From Paraspadella gotoi (Eukaryota; Animalia; Chaetognatha), in assembly GCA_051294375.1 (NCBI GenBank), contig CM119263.1, positions 29,096,079 to 29,160,078 on the forward strand: 64,000 nucleotides of DNA. Direction: 5' to 3'. This document shows, piece by piece, positions 1 to 22,819 of the stretch. Below the pieces are notes generated by a model. That model searched no databases. It was not told where the DNA came from and saw only the letters and a program-made list of their open reading frames with translations. The first letter of the stretch is position 1. Each line of letters begins with the position of its first letter. The position numbers and the translations under genes were made by a program.

Positions 1-202
1 GTTAAAGCTTCTTTTAAAAAAAATCTTTAAAAATAAATATTTGTAAAAAAAAACTTTGGAGAGAAACAATAATAATTTGTTTTTGTCAACGAATTGTATT
101 TGACAATAAGACATGTTTCGACTCTTGAATTTAGAGTCTTCATCAGTTGTGAAAATCAATAAATTTTAGTCACAATGTCTAAAAAACACTTTTAAAAATT
201 TA

Positions 203-265
203 TTACCTAACCCTATTCACCCTTAACCTTAAACCACCCTTAACCCTAAATCCCCCTAACCCCAA
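203..265. repeat. Degenerate (CCCTAA)n-like tract
   Basis: cctaaccctattcacccttaaccttaaaccacccttaaccctaaatccccctaaccccaa. Confidence 0.55.
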
Positions 266-424
266 TCGGCGAAAGTAAAATTATACCGATCCTTGAAACC
301 TCCGGATAAGTTAATTACTCTTATAAAGAGTAAGCAAGCAATAAATACAAGCTACTTTCTTCAGGAAATCTATAAAACTATTTAATGATACCAAATCCGA
401 AGATCTTCCTCAATGCACTTGGTT

Positions 425-776
425 TCACGTCCTCTTAATCTTACGGACCTTGAATTGAACGCGATTCCCTTCCTCTTCCGTGGAAAGAGCGTCTTGCTTC
501 TCCTCTCTTTCCAGAGTTCTCGCTTTCGAAAGAGTCTTCCGCTTTAAACCTCCCGCTCCGCTCCGAGAGGATTTCGAGGAGGACGAGTTTTTGGACCCGT
601 CCGCGACTGCGTCTTCGGATTCGGCTCGAGAAGCCACTTCCTTCGAAGGTTCTTCGTCGACCGACCGTTGGAGATGTCGACTTCGGCCCCGTCGCGGCAT
701 TTTTATTCCAGTTTCGTGGTTATCTTGCACGACTAATACTCGAGGTTTAGTTTCCCTGATGTCATATTTTGTAAAC
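425..776 (-). CDS. Possible exon of an unidentified gene (Ser/Glu/Arg/Lys-rich, low complexity)
   Basis: GC-rich open frame in AT-rich surroundings with an AG acceptor near 777; no recognisable domain. Confidence 0.3.
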
Positions 777-2778
777 TAACGATTAACCTAGGGCACATAA
801 ATTAATACGAACTTTTTCAATGGAATTTTTTTTTTTTTTTTAGAACCAACAAAGAAATGCAAAGACATTTAGGAAATCTAGCAATGTAAAGCCACAGCTT
901 GTTTGATGTGTCGCCGAGTAATGATGGGTAAATCAAACAAATTTTAGTATTCCAAAAGCTCTTTTGTCTAATATTTTAAAACAGAAAATTTCCTTATATT
1001 TAAATGTTTTTAAACGCATAATTTCCAGTCTGAGATCTAACTGAGAAAATTACTGCATGATGGAAAATAAAACAAATAAAAGCATAGCTGCTCGAAAAAT
1101 ATAAAAGTTTACATTTTCCTAACTCGAAACAAATTTCAAACAATAGGTTTAGTCAAAGAACAAACTTTTCTAAAAACGCATTGCAGTTTTACGCCAAAAA
1201 TAACTTTCAAAGAATGACACATTGATATGGTATGCTAAAACAATAATATTAAACAGATCAGAAACTGTTAAATTTAAAGTTGACATAAATATGAAATTGG
1301 TACAACCAATTGATGTAAAAGCTAATCTATAGACTGAGGACAATTTTAACAGGATTGACTAGAAAAAACGAAAGCTCTAAATACACGACAGTAATTTTCT
1401 CCATTTCTTTTCCTGGGAAAGAAAACCGATCAGATTTAGATTATCTACGGACGAGACAAGAAAAACTTAGAAAAGGGAGTGTTGACTTCTACAACAAGAA
1501 TTCTCCAACATTCATAAATAAATTAGCTAGAATCGGGGGAATATTTCTTTATTTAACAATGATCTTTTAATTTAAAAACTGAATAAGAGAAGCCTTAGAT
1601 ATACGAATGGGAAACGAGGGAGTGGGTCTAAGTAGTGATGAAAATTTTCGAAATTAGATTCAGGAATCAGGATTGGTACGTAAATGTTCAGGGTTAGAAT
1701 ATTTCTTCTTATATTCAGTAAGGAAAGTCCATCTAGAAACAAATCTCTCAAAAATGTGGAAAATGATTACATTTGATATCTTTGTCTCTGTTGGGGATGT
1801 TGAAAGGAACGATTATGTTACAATACGTTTTAGAAGTTAATAAGACAGTTATCTATAAGACGTGATTTTTATACAATTAAGGGGGACCTTTTCCAATTCG
1901 TTTTAAAAATTCATACCTACACAGAGACAAGAGATACCCAATATAATCGCATAGAAGCACTGTATGAAGCAAAATACTACCAATACTTAAGTATTTATAA
2001 AAAAAACTAGATTCTTTACCTTAAAAAAATATTATTAGTCTATTACTCAATAAGTTGAAAGTTCCCTTTTTTCCGATTAACTAAAATCTTTGAGGTGTTG
2101 GTTTTTCGGTTTGGTGTTCGCTATAAAAAGATAATCATAATTATTTTGCACCTGACGAAATATCGACACCAAAACAAACATCTAAAGTAAAAACCAATTG
2201 GTCCGGCAGTTTTAGAACTTTGGCATGACGGGAAATGTCTAAAAAAATGTCTTTTCTACTATTGTTTTCTTCATTTTGCTGATGAGAAAAACAATATTTT
2301 TGGGCCGACTATCACAATGCAGACAGAACAAATTTAACTAAAAACTAACTTTCATTGCCTAATAGTCGAAACATTTTTCTAAAAGTGACGAAACCAACCC
2401 AAAACTAGAGTTAATACAGATTTTTTAGCGCGTGAAACCGCACTAAAAAAATAAAATAAAATCGCACAGTGCACAAAATCTTTTTCGACGAATCAAGGCT
2501 TGAATCAAAACATTAGAAATGAGTAAACAAAAAATTCACAGTCACTGGATTGTATATGTTGTCCTTATAATAACATTGAGTAAAAGGGAAAAAGGAAGAG
2601 AGGTTTATGATTTCACGAGTAAGGAAAAGCGTCACCGACATTCTTTCACCCATGCAGCAAAAAAGTACAATACATGCCTAGTATGCAGACATGACACCTA
2701 ACCAAAATTAGCCAATTCGCCCCAGCATATTTGCCCACGATTTTATTTTCAAATCTTTTTTTTTTATTTATTGAACTA

Positions 2779-5700
2779 TTACAACAACGGCGTGGGTTCC
2801 TTAGCGTCCTTATCGGACGCCGACGAAACGGAACTCTTGGCGTCGGGCTCGATGACGGGCACCGTGGCGCCATTGGCGGTGAGCGCCTCCGCGTTGGGCT
2901 CTGTGACCAAGTCGGTGATGTTAGAGACGGAGGTGGCCGGCGTCGCTTGGTACATGTTGGTCGAACCGCCGAAAGCGGCGTTGTTAAAGTCTTTGGCTCC
3001 GAAGAACTTGGAGGCTTTACCGACGGACGCCATGCGCGTGCAGTGCGAGTCCAGCGTCTCGATCAAAGCCTCCTTCCACATTTTTAGGGAGACTTCGTCT
3101 TTCTCGTTGGAGGTGAGGACGTACTTCTCCTGCTTTTCGCCCAGTTTGTTGATAACGATACACTGTTCGTTCCGCAACGTGGCCAACTCCGGCTCCACGC
3201 TGGCCACGTTCTCGAGAGGAATGAATTCGGTCTTCGACGATCCTTCGGGAATCAATTCGAGGCGGTTCGGGTAGAGTCGGGCGTAGCGGAGGCTCCATGC
3301 TTGGATCACGGGGCCGCCCAACTTGCGAAGGAATCCGTGCAGGATGCAGTCTGACTCCCGCACTTCTCCCTCGATGTCCTGCTTCTTCTTGGCCCGCTTC
3401 TTCTGCTCCACCTTGTCGGTCTCCTGATTGATGGCCTCAAAGACCGTGTCCGCGATCTCCTGCTGCCACTGCTCGGACACGACGAGCGAGAAGTTCTTGT
3501 AGAGCGCTTGATCCTGCTCCGTCAACTTGATGCCCTTCGTGTCCTCCTCGTCGAAGGAGCCGATGTCGAAGGCGTCGGCGGCGTTGACCTCTCCACGCGG
3601 GGGAACCAACGGCGGTGGGTAGCGAAGGTTATGGACGACGCCCCAGTCGATACCCTTAAAAAATTCGTGTTCCTTAACTTCTTCAGAGCCTCGTCCTCGA
3701 CATCCGACGCGGGATTCCACGTCTCTCGTGAGGAGACCCCCGAGGAGGGACTTCATGGGTTTGGACATGGATTCAGGGAGCTCGACGTTCATGGTGAGAG
3801 TCATGCGGTCGATCTCCTGTTTGTCCTTCGTCTTGTGCTGTCGGAAGGGGCTGTGACCCTTAAGAAGTTTGTAGAGCATGCACCCGAGGGAGAACCAGTC
3901 GGCGGAAGAGTCGTAGGCCGTACCCTTGGATAGAACCTCGGGAGCCATGTAGCCGTGGGTGCCCACCGACGCGTGGGGTTTTTTCTTGGAATAGTCGCAG
4001 GCGAGACCAAGGTCAGAGATGCGCACGTGACCCGCCTCGTCGAGCAAGATGTTGGCGGGCTTTAGATCCCGATACACGACGTGTCGGCGATGCATGTGTT
4101 CCAGACCTTGGGGCGATTAAAAAATATAAAATTGAGGACATGTATTACTATTTATTTATTTATAACTACTTTTAAACACACTTCCTCTTAAGCATGTCCT
4201 CTATATGAACATCTCTGCAGATTTTTAATAAGCTCCGTCCATGTTACTAATATGTACGGAGCTCAATAAAAATCTACAGAGATGTTCATATAGATCGAAT
4301 AGTTACAGTTACAAATGTTACTTCAAATCTGAAATCTAATAAGTAATATGCAAAAAAAATCGGACTATTTAATATTTATATCAATGATGGCAAATGCATT
4401 TAGGATATTTATCTATTAAGTTAGGGTTAGGGTTAGGGCTGAGGCACGGAGTTGAACTTGAGGCCTGGTTTAGGGTTAGGGTTGTGGGAGGGGCCCGTGG
4501 TTGACGTGTCGAAGGCAGTTAGGGTTGAACGGGAGGCCCGGGTTAGGGTTGGGGGAGGAGCCCATGGGTGATGCATTCATCATTCTCTACACCCGTGTCT
4601 CAACATCAGCCGCGAGCCTCTCCTCTAACTCGCGCCTTTCATTATATTTGCTACTTTTATCACTGGCGACTGGCGAGGTCGCCAGTGTTGGTACTGGCGA
4701 CATCGCCTGGGCCCTGGGTGTGAGAAATTAAACGGAATTTATAACAGAAAAAAAGTTAATACAGAGATCTTCATGGACTCTGTTTCACCATTTTACCTAA
4801 AAGGACCTCCGCCGCGTAGAATCTGACGTCTTTTTCCGAGAAGACCCCGTGTTGACTCAAATGGTAATGGAGATCGCCTCCATTCATCAAGTCCAGAATG
4901 AAGCACAACTTGTCTTGGGTGTGGAAGGCGTACGTCATGCAGACGATGAAAGGCGAGCCCTGACCCGTGGAGACGAGGGACAGCATGATCCGCTCGTTGA
5001 GGGCCAGGCTCTCGCCCTGCTTCATCTTGATTCGTTTCTTGTCCAGGCATTTCATGGCGTACATTTTGCCCGTGTCGGCCTTGCGACACCCGTACACTTC
5101 CCCGAATCCGCCTCTCCCGATGATTCTGTGTACACTGAATAGTGTAAGGGGAAGATAATATTCTGAGGTTAATTAACTGAGTATTATTTTTTTTTAAAGG
5201 ATCATATAAAAAAAGTATTAAAAAAATCAAAATAAACATCAAGTCATTAAATCTCTTACAAATAACTGCTGAAGCATCAACGCATTTCAACTAGTCGGTT
5301 TAAGGACCAAATTGTACCTGAAATCATTCATCGTCAACTGAATGTTGAGTTCAAGATTTTTCCACTGACAGAAACGAACGAACTTTTCGCTTTCGAGGAA
5401 CTTGGCGAAAATGTCTCCCCGAAGGACGACGTAGATTTCCTCCAGGTAAGGTTCGAAAAGGTTGGTGGGCAGCGAGGTGACCGCGTTCGGGTTGTAGTTC
5501 TTTAAGTAGTTTTGAACGTATTCGACTGACTTTTGTGAATACTGATGTGACTGAGAGATAAGTTCCTTCATGATGTACTGGTCGTAGATCTGCTTGGCCA
5601 GCTGCCACCTCTCCTCGTCCGTCTCAAGCTTCTCGAACTTGGTGATGTCTTCGTAGAACTGGAGCTGCGCGACGGGCAGCTCGGGGTCGTAGCAGTTTTC

Positions 5701-5916
5701 GCAAAAGTCTTTAAAGAGTAGGAATCCCAAGCGCTGATGGAAAATCTTTTCGAAGGTCATCTCGTCGGCCTTGGCCAGGTAGCGGAGCATCACGCTCTTG
5801 ATGCTCGGGTCGGGAAGGATGATCTTCTTTGAGGCGCGCGCCGCCGGCGTCGACTTCGACTTCTCCATCGCCATCAAGTAGGAGACGTCCGCCAAGACCG
5901 CCTCCAAGTCCGCCAT
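2779..5916 (-). CDS. GRK2: G protein-coupled receptor kinase 2/3 ortholog (beta-ARK/Gprk1); exons 5916-5318, 5134-4797, 4106-2779
   Basis: N-terminus [33 protein letters not shown] domain, kinase motifs ([32 protein letters not shown]), [10 protein letters not shown] tail and PH domain. Both GT-AG introns join in phase (F-S/V-H; LL-G/LEHM). Confidence 0.97.
4200..4293. repeat. ~94-bp imperfect palindrome in GRK2 intron 2
   Basis: tctatatgaacatctctgcagattttt...agctccgt pairs with acggagct...aaaaatctacagagatgttcatataga. Confidence 0.85.
4420..4730. mobile_element. Probable non-autonomous element with (TTAGGG)n-like tracts in GRK2 intron 2
   Basis: Interrupted ttagggttagggttaggg clusters at ~4420, 4468, 4518 and 4541, then a GC-rich end with the short inverted motif ctggcgac...gtcgccag. 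Confidence 0.5.
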
Positions 5917-8217
5917 TTTGACGACCGGGGTTGTTTTTAACAATATTTAATATTTATTAAATATTCTTCTTAGTCGACGTTAATAGCATCCAGCCCGGGA
6001 CGAGTGCGTGCGGAGATGAACGGGATTCGTCCGTACACAACGGCGCATGATCGTACCGAGAAGAATCTCATTATATCCACGCGGACCGAATGCCCCCTCT
6101 CTCTCTCCCGCCAAGATCCACTTCTCCAACCCGTATCGACTTTTTTTTTTAATTTGAAACAATCGACGAATAAAAAGGAGAGAAAAACTAATGTGTTGTT
6201 GGCCTCTGACTCTGACTAGAGTTCTTCGAAGTCGAGCGACGAGGATTCTCCAGTCTTACGATCCGACTCGGTTTTGTTTAGATTTCCCCATCCGAAGAGA
6301 AACCAAATTCATGTAGAACGGACGGACGGACGGACGAACGGACGAATGGATCTTCTTCGGCGAATATCTTCGTCCTTCATTCGTTTTTCATCTTTTTTTA
6401 TTTAAAAAGAAAATCTTTCCGGCGGAGCTTCGCACGTCCGTACACGTTGGACCTCGCGTGCGTTACGTACGCGTAACGACCGGTGTCAAGGGGTGGGCGT
6501 GGACAAAAGGCGTTTCCGATTATTTTTTTTTCTTCACTTCTTTTTTTTTTCTCAAACGCCCGTCTTCATCCCGTCATTTTTTGCCCCCGACTCGAATTTC
6601 CCTACATTTTTTTAAAATATTATTTTTCCCCCGTCGTTCTTGTTCATGTCTTTCGACGAGAGTCTTGACTTTTTAAGCCCGGCTCCATTTATCTGCGTCA
6701 GCGGATCTGAAAACAAATATAAAAAAAAAAGAGAAGAGAGATAGGGATCAGAATCTTGTGTCGAGAGTTAGAAACAACGAGTTTCGGCGGGGGTCGACGA
6801 AGAGAGAAGAGAATAGATTAGAAAAAGGCGACGTCAATCCGATTTGCATATAACGGGATTGAGACATTTCTTTTTACCCCGGATCGAAAATAAGTTCCGA
6901 GCCACACTGCGCGGAAAAAAAATTACGCTTTACCGGACACGAAAAAAAGGTACTGAAAAATACAAATCCATCGACGAAGGGTGAGACAGAGTCAGGGAGA
7001 GAAAGATAGAGACAGAGTCGCACGTACTACGCTCCAAACATCTGTAACTAAGAAATGAAAAAAATTAAAGTCGAAGACGCGCGCGCGCGCGACACACCGC
7101 GCCACGCCGTGTATGGAGAAAAGAGAAAAGGAAAAAGGAAGAAATAAGGTAAAGAGAGGTAGAAAAAGAGAAGAGAGTGATAGAGAGAGAGAGACGGAAG
7201 GAAGCAGAGCTCTCTCTCTCACTCTTTCCTCTTCCTCCTCCCCCTCCTCCTCCTCCCAGAGTCTCAGCCTCGTGCAGTCGATTCGTCAGCAGCAGCAGGG
7301 GAATCTCCAGCGGCAGCAGACACATCAGCAGCCGCGGCGACAGCCTCGAGCCAAAAAAGCAAAGCTCCGAAGCGGAAGGAGCAGAAAAAATAAAAGAGCA
7401 GAGGTGAAAAGGAAAAAGGGGGAAAAGGGCAAAATATAAAGCAGAAATGTGGAGAATGAAAAGGCGGACAGGATGACGACGACGATGACAGAGTGATGAC
7501 GTCACCCGAGCACCGACGATAACGACGACGAAACACGACAGTCACGGCGACGACATCGATAGTCGATATGAGATACGATAAGACTTCGTCAAGATTCGCG
7601 CACAGATTTACAGGATTTACGTACAAGCCCCGAGTCTGGTGGTAATGTTTCTTCTTAAATTTTAAGGCGTCGCTGGTATTGTAAGTGTAATAAAACTAGA
7701 GTGACGATGTAGCTCGAGGAGATCGGGTCGAGGTAATCTTTAACAAGACGCGAGGTCATCTTTAGAAGAAGGATGTAGTTAACTAAGTTGTATTTTAACT
7801 TTTTTTTTAATTATCATTAACCCCGCTTTTTTTTTTCAACGCTTGAAATGCAAAGAGGATACGAATAGTTAAAAGAATTGTAGTGAACTTCAAATGTTTC
7901 GATGGCCTTCTTAATTAATTAACTAAAGCCCATATTAAGTATAATAAAATATTAAAAAGCTCAGTTGGCCAGTTATTTTAGGAATTTAACCCCGAATTAA
8001 TAACTTTAAATAAAAACTGCTTAATTTAAAATTACAGTATTTCTATTAAATTTAAGTAAAATTAGTCATATATTTATAAATATAATCTTAAGAAGTCGAT
8101 AGTATAAACTAAGAGAGCATGATTGACTTTCAAAAAGAATAAAAATTTAATTCTGAAATATTCTTTGAAATTGTCGTTTACTGGGAAATCATACAATTAC
8201 ATTGTAAAGTGATACTA

Positions 8218-17178
<8,961 letters not shown>

Positions 17179-17572
17179 CACACAGGCGTATTATTTTTTA
17201 ATATTTATTATTTCGAAATAATTGAATCGAAAAAGATTTTTATTCGTTTTTTTCGATCGATAATCTATATGAATGCATTGAATTTGAAGAGACAGAAATA
17301 ATTGTTACGACTTAATGACAGAAGCGTTCAACTTTTATAAGCAGTCTCTGAGCTTCGGATCAGGCTGTAACACCGTGTCACTTGTTAAGCGCCCCGTCAC
17401 TCTTAACCTTTAAGCGGCCACGGGGCTAGAAACCCGGACCTTTGGGTTGAGAGGCGAACGACTTGCCTGCACCATATAAACACGTTATTCAATCAACTGG
17501 ATCGAACTATTGATAGCGTTTTTTAACGCGATTTTAAATTTTATTTTAAAGCACTTGTGATATTGTTATAAC

Positions 17573-17619
<47 letters not shown>

Positions 17620-17724
17620 TCTCCGTCTCCGTTTTATCCTTTATATCATTAAACTTGTGCTATCTCGTCAACGTGACTATTAACATAATTAATGAACCGG
17701 TTTCCGTTTTCGCGTGTCATCGCA

Positions 17725-20514
17725 GATCGATCAAGAACGACGACGACGAGCAAAACTTTAATCAATTTCAACGCAAGAAACGAAGGAGGTTCGTCAAATT
17801 ATTCTTGATGTTTAAGATGCCATCGGTGATTGGTTAAAGGGGCACATTTATTGTCGGTCTGGCAAAATTTGTAGATAACTGGTGGATATAGGCTTTTTAA
17901 TTTGTTATTTCGAAAATATTTTTTTTGTTTAATCTTTTTTTTAAATTTTTATTTTTTCTTAATAATATAAATACGGTGTAAATACACGATACATTCTTTT
18001 ATGAACATACCAATTTTTTAAAAGATTATATTAATTTTTATTGCTTCAAATGATTTTTTTTAATTTATTCCTAAAATAGCTCGAAGACCCTCATAAAAAA
18101 TTTAAAAATAATTTTATATCGCCCTGCTTTAAAAATTTTTTTTTTTTTCAACTTAAGACTAAACTAAACTAAAACGTCAGTTCTTTATTAATTTTCTTTT
18201 CTTGTAGTCTTCTTTCTAAACTATCGAACGAGAATTACAATGACAAACCTTTTTTACATTTTTATGCAAAAAAAAAAATTACAAAGCCTTTCATTTTTTT
18301 TTCTTTTTTAGTAGTCGAGTCAAGATTTGCGAGGAAGAATACGACGATCGATCGAAAACGGAAGGTTGAGTCTCTTGTCAGTTTATGACATCCTACAGTT
18401 CAGCGTCTTTCTTTCTGATAGTTTTTTGCTCAATCCCAAAGTCTAGAACAAATTTTTGATAAAAACCTACAAAAATCGTAAATTAGCAACCGATCCAGCT
18501 GGTTAGTTTTTGGTGTTGCTTGAGATGCCCGACGAGGATAAAATGAACCCATTTTAACTAATAAAAATTTGCGCCCTACTGTACCTTGCCGGAACTAACA
18601 AAACGATTTTGTCAACAAATACTCCCCCGCAGTTTATTGAAGAGCAAAGAAAGAGAGAGAGAGAGAGNNNNNNNNNNAAAAAATATCGACTTTTCGTTCG
18701 GAGGGAAAACGCGATTCGTGCGGAACAAACGCACTCTCGCTCGCCAACGCACGCGCGCGCACACAAATTCTTGACATAGCTATTTCCATTTATAATTTAT
18801 ACAAGTTTATTTTCGAATAATATATTTAATTATTTTTTTGTGGTTCAAACTTAAAAAGGGAATAGGAAGAAAAAGAATTGCGACTGCTTTCTTGCGGATT
18901 GCGACTGCAGTTCGAAGACGGAAACTTGCACTGGTCGAATGATCAAGTGCGAAAAGGTTCCTAGTTAATTTAATTTAATTTAATTCGTCTCTTTAAGTTT
19001 AACAATTTTCATTTAAACGTTCAGGCCAATTTGACGAACAGGATGATGTACCTGAACGTCAGGGAAATTGGATTTAGAGGTAAAAAAGGAGCAAGAGAAA
19101 AAGTGCAGCGTTTAATCGAGATATTTAAAACCAAGAGAGTTCAACGGCCTTCTCGGTTAAAAATTCTTAAATATTTTTCGCATCGGTTTTTTTTTTATTT
19201 CTTTTTTTCTTATTTTTTGAAAGCTGATGTAGAAAAGAAGAATATTACGGAACACGCGGCGAAGTCGCGTTTCTTTGTCAGTTATTTTTTTTGTTTATTA
19301 TTCATTATTTTATAAATATTTTATCTTTATTTCACTTTTATTTTAATTTTATTTTTCTGTCTTTAATTTGTTTTCAATATAGAATGTGTTAAAACTTAAA
19401 AGAGTCGCCGGTCGCGATTGTCAACTTCCGTTTGCCTTTTGTCGAAAATCAATTCGTCGACATCGGCGTCTAACAGAGAGACACGAGGGGCACTGCGATC
19501 GTTGCGATGTCTGTTTTGTTTGTTCGGCAATGTTTGTTTAACCGATAATGGGAATGAAGAAAAAAAATATCGTTATTTGAATGCTAATAATTGGTCGAGG
19601 GTTTTTCCTTGATCCTTTTTTAAAGGGTTTTATAACGCATTCATTAATGATGCAAATAAATAAACTGATAAAATTAAGATTCAGGGAATTTTTATTGTAT
19701 AATAAAAATAATAGTTAAGCCACAGCTTGAGAGTTTGAAAATTACAGTCATAGACATAGTTCCGAAGCATTTTAGGTCACAAATTGCCAAAAGCTAACGT
19801 CATGACAGAATGCCGTCCCTTGTCTATAAATCAAAAGTTTGAATCTTGAGAATAATAATATAAGTCAGGAGCAAGATAGCTTATTTTATTAAATGAATGG
19901 ATAATTTTTATATTGGGTTGTACCAATTTCATAAAATTCAGGCTCCTTGTATTTTGATGCTAGTGCGGAGTAAAATAAGTATTCCCCGATCTAATACTTA
20001 AGGGAGTGGTCTTTTTCATACAATTGAAACATTCTTTGAAATATTTTCCACTTCATTGATAGGGAAGCCAGGTACTCTGGGAGTGAATAAACGAGACTGT
20101 GAAGAAGTCTTGATTGAAAGCTTGCAGGGACTGCTATGTCATTATCTATCTTGTAAGAGTGATGGAGGCCTAAACCACCAAGCCTGTCCAAAGTCAGGAG
20201 CAAGATAGCTTATTTATTAAATGAATGGATAATTTTTATATTGTTGTACCAATTTCATAATAATATAAACAAGAACAAATCGAAACCACGCCCCCTTCCC
20301 AGACGACGGTTTGACCCAAGTGAAAGAATTCAGCCCTCTTCGGCTCCGTCAACCTCGTCGACGATCAACTCCGCTTCGATCTCGGGACTTCGACCTTCAA
20401 CTCTTCGACGAGCGACTTCGGCCTCTGCGTCCCCGAGATATTTCGGAGAGAAGTCGATCCTCGTCCCCAGCGCGGAAACCTCACCTCTTATCCCCTTTAC
20501 CCCTGCGTCAATAA
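17725..20514 (+). CDS. Possible further small coding exons (extended HAP2 tail or a separate small gene)
   Basis: AG/GT-bounded open segments near 17725-17788, 18312-18364, 18866-18955, 19042-19079 and 20303-20514. Some junctions are phase-compatible with a donor at ~17132 in HAP2 exon 21. An N-gap at 18668 blocks a full model. Confidence 0.35.
19862..20260 (+). repeat. Interspersed repeat family A (~300-bp unit, partly tandem)
   Basis: Motif ...gggaagccaggtactctgggagtg...gatggaggccttaaaccaccaaagcctgtccaaagtc...gaatggataatttttatattggttgtaccaatttcataa recurs at ~23350, 38715, 44960, 48298, 60450 and 62478. Confidence 0.9.
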
Positions 20515-22819
20515 GGAATAAGGGGACATGGCGGAAGAACTGACCCGCGTAAGAGATGGTTGAGGGGACAAAAGAACTTACCCGCCGCTTGTTCTGACAA
20601 GAGGTTATACCACCCTCGGAAGATTTTGGCTGAAGCGACGATCGCTTACCTTTGAAGAGAATGCGTTGAATCTTTGCTAAATTTTCATATTTTTCTATCA
20701 TCGTTGTTTTTGTATTAAACGCTATGTTAGTTGATAAGATATCTGTCTTCACTTAAATTTCGCCTACAGTACATTTGAGTATAGTTATTCTCTCTCTCTG
20801 TTAAATTAAGGCAACTCTATTTTGCTGAAATAAATAATAAACATAAATCACATAGATTAAGGGTCTTTGCAAAAGTATCCACACTTTTTACTATAAAGTA
20901 TAAAGTCTTCGCAAACGATTTTGGTCATTTCGTAATTGTATTCGGATTGAGAACCCAATGGAATTTTCCAGATGTGAGTCTCGCATAAAATGGATGCCAC
21001 GTATTTTTCATGCCACGTATTTTCGCATGACCCGCGTGGACCGCGAATCGTGGTGATGCATCCCGTGGAAACGACTTCGTAAATGATTTCGTAGTCATTT
21101 TGTTCCTCCTGTAAGAGAAGATAGAATTGGAACGCGGTTTCATTTATTTTATATCTTATTTTTCTGGCTTTTTTTTAATCTTTCTTTCTTTTCTCTTTAA
21201 TTCCTTTTCGACTTCTAAATTGTTCTGTTGAGTTAATGATATACTATTTACGATTATTAATATTTTGATTATCCCAGCTTTAAAAAATTCTATGATTAAA
21301 AATTAACAAAGAATACAAACACAATTTTAAAAATAATACTGGTCAGTTTAGCCTCGAAGGCAACATTAGTTTTTTTCTTTTCACTCAAAAACAAATGATT
21401 CACCCAAATTGGATCGTGAACCAAATTGAATTTTAAGGCAGACGTCGAGTTGATCTTCAGCGAATCGGTGATTCTGGCGATCAGCTCCTTTCCGGTTCGA
21501 TGGATGACTTCGGGTGGCAATGATGTTTCGGTTCCAAGGGCTGAACATTGAATACGGAATAGTTTTATTCTAATACGTCAGTGTGCAGAATACAGACAAC
21601 AGAAAAAGTAAAGCCCGATATTTGTATCGTATGGCAACAGCCGGTTGCCCTAGGTGATGCACATTGGAGTGGGGCCATCCATGTGTTGGCTTGCGGTTCA
21701 CGACCCCTTAAGTGAACAGCCTCCAGTCACTGGCGAGGATTTACCTAGGATACGAACGGATCTCGTTTGAACCACGCGAGGGAGGATCTTGATGAGGATG
21801 GAACGCAAACGCCTGGGAATTGTGTGGTTCCCCTCTGAGCGAATGTATTGGCGAATGATGGCTTACCATGAGGCGGTGTCGAATAATCCCGCCACAATCG
21901 TTCGTCTTAGTATGAATTGATCAAAAAAAAAAAATTAGCGAATGGCAATTAACATTGTCAATTCAAGATTATATATTTTAAAATCTGACGCAAGAAAAGA
22001 CTACTTTCGACTTTTTATTTTTGTATCATATTACAAATTCCGCTAAAGACATTGCGGTTTCATTATATCTTAAGTTACTGAGTTTCAGGCAAATTTAATA
22101 GTTAATAGTTAATAATATATTTTACCTCTAATTGTTTTTGGTCGACGTTGCGGCCAAAAAGAGAATCCCAACGATAACGTGTCATCGTGATTAAAAGCCT
22201 TAACTTAAGGCAACCGATTAATTATACTCTCGTTAATAAACCAGATTCGCCGGTCTTTTTTTTTGTTGGGCTCTTTGAACTTCTCTGCTATAATTTTCTG
22301 GCGTTGACATATGATATTAATCAGATTTTAAAATATATATAAATTCTTTAAAATGTACAGTTAATAAGTGTCATTATTCAATTAAAAAATATTTGTCGGT
22401 TTGAATCGAAATATACTGCGACGAGACATTTTTTTAAAATTAACTTGATGCATTCATAAGTCGACAAAAATTACTCATTCATGAAAGTTCAGACTAAAAA
22501 AGTCGTCGATTTTGATTTTTAGAAAAGAGAATGGAAGATTTCATTTGACCGGCGACAAATAATTGTCGGGCGTTAGCGATGTCGCGTAATATAAAAACGC
22601 CCGACCCAAAAGCGAACAAATAAAATTTTTATTTGAATTCCTCGTAACATTAAACGAAAGGACGACTTCGGCATACGGGTTCAGCTCTTGCAATACCGGC
22701 TTCTCCGGTGTAGGTGTCCTTGTGAGTAATTCGAGGAGATACTGTGCGCCACGGCCAATCAACGTTGACATACTACCCGACAGTGTCGGTCCCAAACGGG
22801 CAATCATACCGTTGCATAT
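20508..22819 (-). CDS. Cystatin-fold protein lacking QxVxG and PW; 5' exon not identified
   Basis: Phase-compatible exons (~22819-22666, ~21908-21745, 21569-21404, 21108-20892, ~20751-20650, ~20539-20508). NDYEIIYEVVSTGC...SC...ILCETHIWKIPLG...YEMTKIVC matches the 4-Cys pattern of type-2 cystatins. Confidence 0.55.

Noticed and set aside
2731-4010. Overlapping ORFs on the + strand and in alternative frames
   Set aside because: Shadows of the GC-rich GRK2 exon 3 with no independent motifs.
4420-4555. True telomere or chromosome fusion site
   Set aside because: The tracts are short, interrupted and inside an intron of an intact gene.
6992-7626. Several 76-146 aa ORFs on both strands
   Set aside because: Low-complexity purine and CAG/GAC tracts; more consistent with GRK2 5' UTR or promoter sequence.
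20330-20752. 140-aa - strand ORF as a single-exon gene
   Set aside because: It reads through a GT-AG intron; the spliced frame stops at ~20508.
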